This document shows, piece after piece, positions 11,431 to 21,273 of a DNA stretch of 64,000 bases. How positions within the stretch are numbered: position 1 is the first letter of the stretch; each line of letters starts with the position of its first letter. Position numbers and translations under genes: made by a program. The stretch is from Ascoidea asiatica JCM 7603 (Eukaryota > Fungi > Ascomycota). Below the pieces are notes generated by a model that saw only the letters and a program-made list of their open reading frames with translations, was not told the origin of the DNA and did no database searches. Location: the NCBI GenBank assembly GCA_001600695.1, contig BCKQ01000005.1, positions 264,215-328,214 on the forward strand, read 5' to 3'.

Positions 11431-12096
11431 TTACCTATAAGGAGCATCGGCATCTAAACAATATTGAATTTCTTGTTCCCATTTATCACCATTAGCCAAT
11501 AATTTTTCTTTATTATATAGTAATTCTTCTCTTGTAGCAGTTGCATATTCAGTATTTGGAGTTTCCACTATAGCATCTACAGGACAACTTTCTTGGCAAT
11601 AACCACAGTAAATACATTTAGTCATATCGATATCATATTTATATGTTCTTCTAGACCCATCAGCTCTTTCTTCGGCTTCAATTGTAATTGCTTGAGCGGG
11701 ACAAATAGCTTCACATAATTTACAAGCAATACATCTTTCTTCACCAGTTGGATATCTTCTTAAAGCATGCTCACCTCTAAACCTTGGTGACATTGGCCCT
11801 TTTTCGAATGGATAATAAATGGTATATGGAGCTCTGAAATACATTTCTAAACAGATATACATTCCTCTAAACATTTCAGCTAATAAAAAGTATTTTGTTG
11901 CTTTATCTAGAGCAGATTCAGAACCTTCTTCCCATGTTTTTGGTCTAGAAATTCTAAAATCTGGAGGTATTGATTCTTCTTGAGGACCTGCTGTTAATGA
12001 TATTGGAGCTCTTTTAATGATTGAAGTTGAAAATTGACGTTTAGCCAAATTTATTCCAACAGAACCATAGCGAGATATCAAAGACCTATGAAACAT
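11431..12096 (-). CDS. NDUFS8: NADH:ubiquinone oxidoreductase (complex I) 23 kDa Fe-S subunit TYKY/NUIM
   Basis: Two 4Fe-4S motifs [12 protein letters not shown] and [12 protein letters not shown], plus [15 protein letters not shown] at 12096 opens a presequence. Confidence 0.97.
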   Translation of the reverse strand: MFHRSLISRYGSVGINLAKRQFSTSIIKRAPISLTAGPQEESIPPDFRISRPKTWEEGSESALDKATKYFLLAEMFRGMYICLEMYFRAPYTIYYPFEKGPMSPRFRGEHALRRYPTGEERCIACKLCEAICPAQAITIEAEERADGSRRTYKYDIDMTKCIYCGYCQESCPVDAIVETPNTEYATATREELLYNKEKLLANGDKWEQEIQYCLDADAPYR

Positions 12097-12321
12097 TATG
12101 TAAATATGTATGTTAATTGTTAGACAAACCAATTGAACTTTTTTCTTATGTCTACTTAAAACTTTGAATAATAGAATATAAGTGGTAAAGTGATCTTTTC
12201 TTAATCAAAAGCTCATATTATTTTTTTTTGTTATTATCTTCATAATTAAATTGCCAATGGCAGTCGACAAGTAAACTTCACTGTGTATGCTAAGATGTAG
12301 TAATGATTATTTCTATTCCAT

Positions 12322-12330
12322 TGATTGGCT
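12322..12330 (-). promoter_or_regulatory. CCAAT box (AGCCAATCA) upstream of NDUFS8
   Basis: Full Hap2/3/5 consensus about 230 bp upstream of a respiratory gene. Confidence 0.6.
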
Positions 12331-12400
12331 ATGGAGTGCGTAGTCCTTGAAAGTCATGTGAAACCCTAAATCTCAACCCCCAAAAAAAAACATTTATGGA

Positions 12401-12408
12401 TTACCCGG
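12401..12408 (+). promoter_or_regulatory. Reb1-type site TTACCCGG
   Basis: Exact consensus in the NDUFS8 promoter. Confidence 0.55.
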
Positions 12409-13118
12409 TTTTAAATAATAAAGCTTTCAAAATTACAAAAACAAAACTATTTAAGGACTTTTTTTTGTTTTCATTAATTCTAGAATGATGGTGTTAATTT
12501 GATATCAAAGCATAATGATAATTGATATGATTATTTTTCAAGCAGGGAAAGAGGACATTGCAATACTATCGAATTAATATATAATGATGGATCAACATTG
12601 TATATTATTTGTTGAACAATTATATTTAATGTTTATCTCTTTGTTTCAGTTAATAAATTCCTGTTTTTGGTTCTTTCATTTTTTAAAGGCCTCCTCGAAG
12701 ATCCTTATAACCTTTTAAAATTCATGGTATAACGATTCAAAACGAAGGCTAAATCAAATTTTCAATCATAGGTTTCAAACTACTACTCATAGATTTTACT
12801 CTTTAGTTTTTGAGATAGGATACCTTTGATATATTCTGGTTTCTGATTAACTATTGTATTTCTGTTTTTTTATTTTCATTCTTTTTTGACATTTGATAGC
12901 GCAATTTATTGTTTTTACTTTTTTAGAGTAAGTTGAAAAAGGAGCCATTTTACTGTGCCTTTATTGTTGATATTTAGTTAACTTTTTCTTGATTTGTAAT
13001 TCTGTTGGAAAGCATTTATTAATTTTTAAATAAAACCAAGGCAACATGGGCTTTTTATTGTTTTGGATCGAAGATTACTGTAGTACAGTTACACTCTTAT
13101 CAAAAACAAACAGAAAGA

Positions 13119-13126
13119 CCGGGTAA
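13119..13126 (-). promoter_or_regulatory. Reb1-type site (CCGGGTAA on +)
   Basis: Exact consensus about 215 bp upstream of RPN10. Confidence 0.55.
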
Positions 13127-13194
13127 TGATATTATATCTGTAATAATGGAAGTTTGTACTGGAGGTTTATATGTTAAATCAATTTCAATAATCG

Positions 13195-13203
13195 ATTGCC
13201 ACT
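13195..13203 (-). promoter_or_regulatory. PACE-like (Rpn4) element AGTGGCAAT
   Basis: Variant of RGTGGCAAA about 135 bp upstream of a proteasome gene. Confidence 0.45.
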
Positions 13204-13338
13204 TTACAAGTAAGAGATCTATATCCTTTTCATTACAATTGATTCACTTTTAATTCTTAGCAATTTATTACTTTCGAATAATAGTTTGTATCGTTTCCTG
13301 TTTATTTTCTCCTTTGATTAAAAAATCTCTTTTAAAAA

Positions 13339-14234
13339 ATGGTTCTCGAAGCTACTATGATAGTGTATGTATTTAAGTATATTCTATTCAGTTATTTTTT
13401 TTCATATTTTTGATGTTCAACTATCGAATTACTGAAAGATATTAAGCTTTTTGTATAAATTATACTAACTAAAGTTCATATAGTATTGATAATTCAGAAT
13501 ATATGAGAAATGGTGATTACTTAACAACTAGATTTGAGGCTCAACTAGATACAGTTGATTTAATATTCCGTGCGAAAGTGGATTCAAATCCAGAAAGTAC
13601 CGTTGGTATATTAGCTATGGGTGGAGAAGGTTCACAGGTTTTAAGTACTTTAACTAATGATTTAGGTAAAATACGTGCTGGAATTCACGAAACAAAAATT
13701 CATGGATTTGCTCATTTAACAACAGGTATTCAAGTTGCCGCTCTTGCTTTAAAACATCGTGAAAATAAATCACAACAACAAAGGGTAGTTATTTTTGTTG
13801 GAAGTCCAATACTAGAAACCCAAAAAGAATTAGATAGACTAGCAAAAAAAATGAAGAAAAATAATATCGCCATAGATTGTATAAATTTTGGTGAAGAATC
13901 GATCAATACACAAAAATTAGAAAAATTCATTTCAATTGTTAATAATCATGATAATAGTCATCTTGTTACAGTGCCTGCCGGTCCAAATTTATTGTCTGAC
14001 GCTATAAGACTATCTCCTATAATTTCCGAAGATGCTGCCACTTATGGAGCAGGTGGCGATGATTTCCTTGATTTTGGTGATAGTGGTATGGATCCTGAAT
14101 TAGAATTAGCTTTACGCTTATCTTTAGAAGATGAAAAAGCGAGACAAGAAAGAGCTTCCACTCAAAAAACAACTTCTACTTCTCTTGAAAAAATTGATGA
14201 AGATAAAAATGAAGGACCAAGTGAATCAAAATAA
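13339..14234 (+). CDS. RPN10: 26S proteasome regulatory subunit Rpn10; exons 13339-13364 and 13484-14234; 258 aa
   Basis: Splicing gives MVLEATMIVIDNSEYMRNGDY (vWA start). QVAALALKHR and the UIM MDPELELALRLSLE are present. Confidence 0.97.
13365..13483 (+). other. Spliceosomal intron of RPN10 (119 nt)
   Basis: GTATGT donor, TACTAAC at 13463-13469, TAG acceptor. Restores the conserved N-terminus. Confidence 0.95.
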
Positions 14235-14430
14235 GTTTCTTTTAATGATAATTCTCGAATTGTCTTACTTAAGTTAATTTTTTTTTCAAAAGATTTGTTT
14301 TAATTTAAAGCTGGATTTTATAAGAAAAAACGAATAAATCTACTGCAATTACACATTATAAAATTAAAATTCTCAATAAAAATAAGGAAAAAAATTTGAA
14401 AATTCACGTATATATAACATCAATATAAAT

Positions 14431-16491
14431 TCAAGAAGTTACTTCCATGTTACTATAGAACTGTTTAACTTCCTCACTAGCAACAATTTTACGCGGGTCG
14501 AAATTTAAAATCTGTAATGTATTACTTGAAACGGCTCTTGATAAAGCAACATAAACTTGCCCTTTTTCAAAAATTTTATTTAAATCTACCTTAAGTCTGC
14601 TTAAGGTTTGCCCTTGTGCTTTATGAATTGATATAGCCCATGACAATAATAACGGAAGCTGACTTCTTGTTAATGTAGTTTTAGGATTCTGGAATTCGAC
14701 ACTGAATTCATCTCGCTCCACCAAAAGAGTTTTCCCAGGAAATCTTACTACTGGGAGCATTAGTGAAACGGTTTCCTTAATAGCAACGTCAATTAAACCA
14801 AGTAATACTGATTTTATTCTCCCCAATTTTTCATTTGAAATCATTAATTCACTACGAATGTTAGAATCCGGTGGATTTGAAATACACTTACTAATTAGCT
14901 TTAGAAATTTTGTCTGCTCTTCAGAAATATCTCCTCCAGAGAAAAATCCATTTTCATCAAGTAAAGTGAATAGTCTTTCTGTTAAAAAACAAACGACAAT
15001 CCCCAATGATCCATTAACTATACCATCTTCTTTATTTTTGAGCATCATTACCTGAGCATCTTCTTTCAAAACTAAAGATTTTACAGCCATAACATTTTCA
15101 AGAGAAGGCCTTAGTTTCTCAAATCTATGATCAACAACATCTATAGCATTGAAAACCATCGGCTTTCCAGGCAATCTTTCAAGTCTTTGCTTGTTTGATC
15201 TTTCAACTTCGGCTCTTGTTGGAAATAACTCGGTAGGTTCAATTCCATCCTCATAATGAACAGTCCTTGACAAATCTCTGAATTTTTTCTCTAAATGTGA
15301 ATTCGTTGAACCTAGCCTAAGACAATTTAACATTCCAATTAACTCACTATCTCCTTGTTGCCTGAAAATTTTGTTTAACAAAATAGTTTTGTTAATTACA
15401 TTTTTCCAGTCTGGGGTCTGAAAACAATAAAGAGTTTTTGCTTTTGAAAATCTATCAGGGACTGGAGGTAATTGGAAAAAGTCACCCGTTAAAACAAGTT
15501 GAATTCCTCCAAAAGGAGCATTTTTTTTTGTTATCATTCTTGCAATTTGACATAGTTTAGAAAACAAAGCACCGTCAATCATAGAAACTTCGTCAATGAT
15601 TAATACTTTCGTATTTATCCATCTTTGTTTTGCAGCAATATTTTTATTGATTCTAGAATATAAAAAGGAAGCATTTTCTTTGCCAAGACCTATACCAGAG
15701 AATCTATGTAAAGTTTGACCTCCTATATTAAGTGCAGCTAAACCAGTAGAAGCACAAACTCCTACCCGTTTTTCACCATACTTGGTTATCAACTTATTGA
15801 TTATCTCTTTCAAAAGCACGGATTTTCCAGTACCAGCAGATCCAGTATAAAAAACATTAAAACCATCCATAACATATTGCATAACTTTTCTTTGCTCGGT
15901 ACTCAATGCAATTTTTAAATCAGATTTATTTCTTGAAGAAGTAGTAAAATCATCGGTTGTCCTAACTTGTTTAGTGATCTTAGCCTTCTTTATAGGTAAT
16001 AAAGAATTGATTGTATATATATCAGGCTGACGCCTTTTATTTCTGTTAAGTAATTGTTCTGTTGTAATCTGTTCTGTGGGTATAAAAGTCTTTATTCGGG
16101 CTTCAGTAGTTTTCTGATTATAAGCATTTTGCAGTTCTGGTTTTGATAAAATCACCTTTGAAGTTTGAATTATTTTTTTAGGAACTTGTAATTTGGATAT
16201 GTCAAAACTACGTGCAAATGAATTCGGATTTCTAAGATTATTCATTTTACTAGAAGATACAAACATTAGATCATCATCATCATCATCATCTGCATTGCCT
16301 TCGCTAAAAGAGTCATCCAGATCAAGACTAATTACATTATCATGCGAAGCAAAACTTGATTTAGCACTTATTTCAGAAGAAACCCCGGAGGAGTTATCTT
16401 TTGATTTAGATTGACTTAAAAGTGATGTAATATCCTTTAGATTACTGGATTTCAAAGCCTTACCATGAGAAGTTATTAATTCAAACACCAT
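14431..16491 (-). CDS. RRM3: Pif1-family 5'-3' DNA helicase, Rrm3-like
   Basis: FYTGSAGTGKS, IIDEVSM, GGIQLVLTGDFFQLPPV, LKEDAQVMMLKN, SIHKAQGQTL and QVYVALSRA. Details are closer to Rrm3 than Pif1 as I remember them. Confidence 0.82.
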   Translation of the reverse strand: MVFELITSHGKALKSSNLKDITSLLSQSKSKDNSSGVSSEISAKSSFASHDNVISLDLDDSFSEGNADDDDDDDLMFVSSSKMNNLRNPNSFARSFDISKLQVPKKIIQTSKVILSKPELQNAYNQKTTEARIKTFIPTEQITTEQLLNRNKRRQPDIYTINSLLPIKKAKITKQVRTTDDFTTSSRNKSDLKIALSTEQRKVMQYVMDGFNVFYTGSAGTGKSVLLKEIINKLITKYGEKRVGVCASTGLAALNIGGQTLHRFSGIGLGKENASFLYSRINKNIAAKQRWINTKVLIIDEVSMIDGALFSKLCQIARMITKKNAPFGGIQLVLTGDFFQLPPVPDRFSKAKTLYCFQTPDWKNVINKTILLNKIFRQQGDSELIGMLNCLRLGSTNSHLEKKFRDLSRTVHYEDGIEPTELFPTRAEVERSNKQRLERLPGKPMVFNAIDVVDHRFEKLRPSLENVMAVKSLVLKEDAQVMMLKNKEDGIVNGSLGIVVCFLTERLFTLLDENGFFSGGDISEEQTKFLKLISKCISNPPDSNIRSELMISNEKLGRIKSVLLGLIDVAIKETVSLMLPVVRFPGKTLLVERDEFSVEFQNPKTTLTRSQLPLLLSWAISIHKAQGQTLSRLKVDLNKIFEKGQVYVALSRAVSSNTLQILNFDPRKIVASEEVKQFYSNMEVTS

Positions 16492-16811
16492 AGCCTGAAA
16501 AATTGGTCATAGAAAGATTTGAATTATCAGTAACAGTAAAATTTGATATTGAATGATAAATTGAAATAACTTATATATTTAAAAACCTAATAGTAGAATA
16601 AAATAAAAAATTATTTTTTTACCAATTCAAGTATAGTTTAAAAAATACTTATTGCTTATTCAATAAGTATTATTACCTATTCAAATAAACATTTGTTGTT
16701 AAAGAACCATGGAGTTCAAGACAACCAGCGTACTTTAAAATTAGATTTTCATCTTTATTTGATTTTCCTATTTACTTTTGATTTATCAAAGCAAAACAAA
16801 GTTAAAAAAAA

Positions 16812-16834
16812 CACGAAAAGTGCAAAAAACGCGA
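16812..16834 (+). promoter_or_regulatory. SCB (CACGAAA) and MCB-like (ACGCGA) sites in the RRM3/GAF divergent promoter
   Basis: Motifs at 16812-16818 and 16829-16834. Confidence 0.5.
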
Positions 16835-17298
16835 ATAAAGTGAAAGCCACTTTTGTGGCTAGTTTATTACAAAAGAAATCTCAGTTCTCGCTTTTGCACA
16901 TAGATATTTTATTTTTACTATCGGTGTTTTCATCACACAAGAGTTAGTTATTCAACAAATTTTCTTTTAATCTAAATGCCACAGAGAATAAAACACTGTA
17001 TTTTTGATTAGGAGAACGTGTTGATTTTTTTTTGATGTTTCTGGTGTTTGAACTGAACAGCCGAGAGATACCGCCTGTATCTTGTTAGCAGCTTAGATTA
17101 TATTCTCTCATAGAGTCACAAAGTATTATATGGAATTTTTGGGAGTTACTTTTTTTTATTCACAAAAACTACCTTGAAATATTAATTAATTCACTAATTA
17201 ACTAATTAATTTTAATTAACTAACATTGAAGAATTGAATTTTATTATAGCTACATATTTCAAAAAATACTTTTATGTTGCTATTGCTTATATCATCAA

Positions 17299-18978
17299 AT
17301 GAATAGATTTAAATCACCTGTTGCAGGTTCAGGAAATGCTTTAACTCCTATTTATTCTCCTGGTAAGCGAGATATTTTATCTCCTTTTAAATTTGGAAAC
17401 AAAAAAAATAATAATATAGAAGGAAAATCAAAGTATATATTATACCCACTTTTTATAAATTTGATATTTTATAACTTTTCAGTTTACTAATTTTGATATT
17501 TTATTAGAGAAACTTCCCCAAATAATTCTCAATCTAGTTCACAATGTAGAACAAATTTACCTTTTCCAAATACAGAAAATACAATCATAAGTCCTGTTCC
17601 TTTGACAAAAGCCCATTTCTTGGATGCATATAGCAAAGGTAAATGGAATTTATCAGTGGTACCATCCCCTACTTGTTTTCAAAATACAATAGGTTTAATG
17701 GAACCTCCAGAAAGTTATAATGAATCTGCTCGTTTAAGAATGGTACATACATATCAGAAGCTGTTACAATGGAAAGATTCTGAAAAGTTTCATAAACTAA
17801 TCTCAATTGCATGCAGAACCTTTTCATGTTTTGGTGCGTCAATTTCTCTTATTGATGAAAAGAAGCAAATTGTTAAATATCAACACTCTCTGGGAATTTC
17901 TGAATGTCCAAGAAGAGTTTCAATTGATGCTCATGCTATTTTATCTTCTGAATGCTTTATTTTATTAGATGCAAGTAAAGATTGGAGATTTAAAAACAAT
18001 CCTTTTGTAAAAGGGGTTCCAAATTTAAAATTTTATACTGGTGTTCCATTATTTAGTAGAGTGGGCTCTGTAATTGGTATCTTAGCCATTTTTGATGTTT
18101 TTCCAAGAACCGAATTTCCTGAAGGTCATTTAATGATCCTCAAAAATATTGCAATTGAAATTACTCAAATTCTTGATTCTCCTGTTTCTCTTTCTTCTAA
18201 TAAAAGCCAACCTGATCAAAAGTTAATCTCAAAAATTGGTAGAGCTACTAGTTATGAAACATCTAAAACTTTAAATTCTATTGCTGTTTATGAAAAAGAT
18301 GGCTCGGGCAGCCAATATTCTCAGAATCTTAATATTAGATTTGGTAGACATGAAAAGAGTATTGAAGAAATCGAAACTGCAAAAATTTGGAAAGTTCTCT
18401 TAGATCCTGGAAGACCTAAAATGGCAGCGTTTTTTTTGTGTAAAAGTATGGCGGAAAGACTAAGTTCTCATTATGTTTATGTTATGGAAATAAGAATAGC
18501 AGAAACTTATCAAATACCATCAAACTATTTTCCTCCTGATAATAATGTTGAAGCGGAGAGTTTTAAGTATGCTAACAAATTGCAAAGGGTAGGAAAAGAA
18601 AATACTATCACTAAAATTTTGGGCAGTTATTCTACAAATCCAGTTGATGATGAGAGTAATGAATCAAATATATATTATAGGTCATTAAGTTCTGAATTTG
18701 GAATATTAATCAGAAATAAAATTCAATCTGTTAGGTATCGGTCCGGAGTTTGCATGTGTTTTCATAGGCATCCTTCAAAACTAGTTCGAAAAAAAAGAAT
18801 TCCCATGAATGACAAATCTAATTTCTCCAATTCCTTTAAACCAATTGATTTATATCTAAGATCAGGAGGATATTTAATTACTGTGTTTAATGAAAATGAT
18901 AAAACGTTTACTGAGAGTGAAATCAGCTATATTTTCAGTAGCGCATGTGTATACAGAAAAATTTATATCTCAAACTAA
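17299..18978 (+). CDS. Stand-alone GAF-domain protein; exons 17299-17432 and 17508-18978; 534 aa
   Basis: The intron joins two track ORFs in frame. GAF signature NESARL...ASISLID...AHAIL...DASKDWRFKNNPFVKGVPNLKFYTGVPL...GILAIFDVFPR. Confidence 0.8.
17433..17507 (+). other. Spliceosomal intron (75 nt) of the GAF gene
   Basis: Donor GTATAT, branch TACTAAT (17485-17491), acceptor TAG; frame-preserving. Confidence 0.8.
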
Positions 18979-19186
18979 TTGAAAAGGGAAGTAAACTGTT
19001 TTTGATATTTGAAGGAGTCTTACTACATCGGTGGTTACTTTTATTTTTTAATTTTTTTTTGAGCCTTAAAATTACTTTTTTTTTCAAAAATTTCTATTAT
19101 TAAACAAATTTAATGACGTTCAATATATACTAAATACTATATGCATGCGTTTTCAAAGGGCTGCTTTCATAGATGTCACTTGAAAA

Positions 19187-20680
19187 TCAACAACTACAAT
19201 CACCGAGAGTTCTAGAAAAGGGAATTGCATCCTTTATATTTTCAGTATTCGTCAAATAACAAATCAATCTTTCAAAGCCCATACCAAAACCTCCATGAGG
19301 GACACTTCCGTTCTTCCTTGTTTCAAGATACCATTTAACATCGTCAATTTTCATTCCTCTATATAATACTTCTTGTTTTAATTTTTCATAATTATCTTCT
19401 CTTAGTGAACCTCCAATCAATTCACCTACCTCGGGAACTAATAAATCAAAGCATTCCACTGTATCGTCATCAGGATTTTTTTTCATGTAAAATGATTTAA
19501 ACGCTCTTGGGTAATTAGTAACAAATACAGGAGATTTGAAATACGATCCGCTTAAATATTTTTCATGTTCTGTTGCTAGAGCAGTACCCAACTTTGGTTG
19601 AAATTTGAATGTTTGATCTGATTTTAGCAATATATTTATTGCATCCGAATAAGTTATAGAAGGCCAAGAGTTTTTTTGTAACAAGTTATTCAAACGATCC
19701 ATAATGACTAGGTTTTCTTCCTTTGTTCTTCTAGAATTGCGCCCAGTTAAATTAGTAAGAGCATTGGAATCATTGCTAATAAGAGATTTGGCAATAAATC
19801 TAATCATAGATTCACAAAAGGATGTCAAATCTTCAAGACCATCGATGAAAGCAATTTCAACCTCTAGCATCCAAAATTCAGCTAAATGACGATTTGTATC
19901 TGATTTTTCTGCTCTGAAACATGGTGACAACGTCCAAACTTTGTTTAGAGCTAAACATAAAGTTTCTAAATGTAGTTGGGAGGAAACCGTCAAATAAGAC
20001 TCTTTTCCAAAAAAATAATTTGATTTATCGTTATATCTTTTAGGAATATTGCATTTTTTAGATTTAAGTAATTCTTTAAAAATAGTGGAGCTCTCAATTT
20101 GAAACAACTCGCCAGCACCTTCACAATCAGAGCTTGTAATTATAGGAGGATTGGTTTTGAAAAAATTGTTTCTATTGAAAAATTCATTTAATTTGAAATC
20201 TAAAAAAGATCTAAATCTTAGAATAGAAGACAATTTTGAGGATTTATGCTTCAATGTAGGCAAAGACCGCATAAATTGAGCAGAATGATCTTTTTTTTGC
20301 AATGGATAATCATCAGAAACTTTTCCAATGATCTTTATATTATCCGAACTTGCAACTTTCAACTCAAATTTTTGCGAAGTTCCGTTCGAAGTAGACCATA
20401 GTCCTTGAGCTTGTATAGAGGAGCCTGTTTTTAAGTCAAGCACAATATCATTTTTGAGGGCTGAAGATGGGAGTACAATCATTAGATTTTCAGGGCCTGA
20501 GCCGTCATCTAAATCAATGAAAGAAACATTTTTCAATTTTCTGAATGATCTTATCCAGCCAGAAACTAGAATTTCTGAGTTTATTTCAGGCTTATTGATA
20601 TTTATTAGTTGATTTATATCATTATTGAAACTTGAATGCAGCCTCTTGAAAATTAATCCTTTGATATAGCTGGCTTTCAT
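19187..20680 (-). CDS. SLM5: Mitochondrial asparaginyl-tRNA synthetase
   Basis: OB-fold start VSGWIRS, then YLTVSSQLHLE, FRAEKSDTNRHLAEFWMLE and PHGGFGMGFERL; presequence-like N-terminus. Confidence 0.93.
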   Translation of the reverse strand: MKASYIKGLIFKRLHSSFNNDINQLININKPEINSEILVSGWIRSFRKLKNVSFIDLDDGSGPENLMIVLPSSALKNDIVLDLKTGSSIQAQGLWSTSNGTSQKFELKVASSDNIKIIGKVSDDYPLQKKDHSAQFMRSLPTLKHKSSKLSSILRFRSFLDFKLNEFFNRNNFFKTNPPIITSSDCEGAGELFQIESSTIFKELLKSKKCNIPKRYNDKSNYFFGKESYLTVSSQLHLETLCLALNKVWTLSPCFRAEKSDTNRHLAEFWMLEVEIAFIDGLEDLTSFCESMIRFIAKSLISNDSNALTNLTGRNSRRTKEENLVIMDRLNNLLQKNSWPSITYSDAINILLKSDQTFKFQPKLGTALATEHEKYLSGSYFKSPVFVTNYPRAFKSFYMKKNPDDDTVECFDLLVPEVGELIGGSLREDNYEKLKQEVLYRGMKIDDVKWYLETRKNGSVPHGGFGMGFERLICYLTNTENIKDAIPFSRTLGDCSC

Positions 20681-20977
20681 TATGTTAATTTAAATTCTGA
20701 AAAGCCTATAAACCCAGAAAAAAAATAAAAACTGGCAAAGTTTTAACTAAACAATAAATAAACTAGCCATATCTTGAAGAAATATTAGATTAAAAATTAT
20801 TTACCTTTAGCTTACCTCATTTTTTTCAATCGTAGTAAATATTCTTTTCCTGAATTTCAGAACCCCAAAAATAGGTTTTAAAAGTTACCGAATCCACTTC
20901 TGCGGTGATATAAAACCATATCAAAAATGTATCCGAGCCATGGAATTTTGGTAAATAAGACATCTGGGACGGTTTTA

Positions 20978-20985
20978 ATGACTCA
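20978..20985 (+). promoter_or_regulatory. Gcn4/AP-1 site ATGACTCA in the SLM5-SES1 divergent promoter
   Basis: Exact TGACTCA about 290-300 bp from both start codons. aaRS genes are known Gcn4 targets. Confidence 0.65.
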
Positions 20986-21273
20986 CTAATAACTATCCGG
21001 AAACTCTAAATTACTCTTGATTACAATTTTATTGAAGTGTGAAGTGGCATTGCGGAAAAAAACATGAATTTTTTAAGGTGATAAACTTTGAAAATCTATC
21101 AACATTTCTAGAAAAAAATCAAACTTCAAAAACAATTTTTAATATTACTTTTCTTCAATCTTTAAACTGGGTTAAGAATAATCATTTTTCAATTTATATA
21201 TACTAAGTTTTTCAATTCCTTTTTTGTAAACTGCTTGCATAAAATTTCTCTTTTGTTATTTATATTTAAGAAA

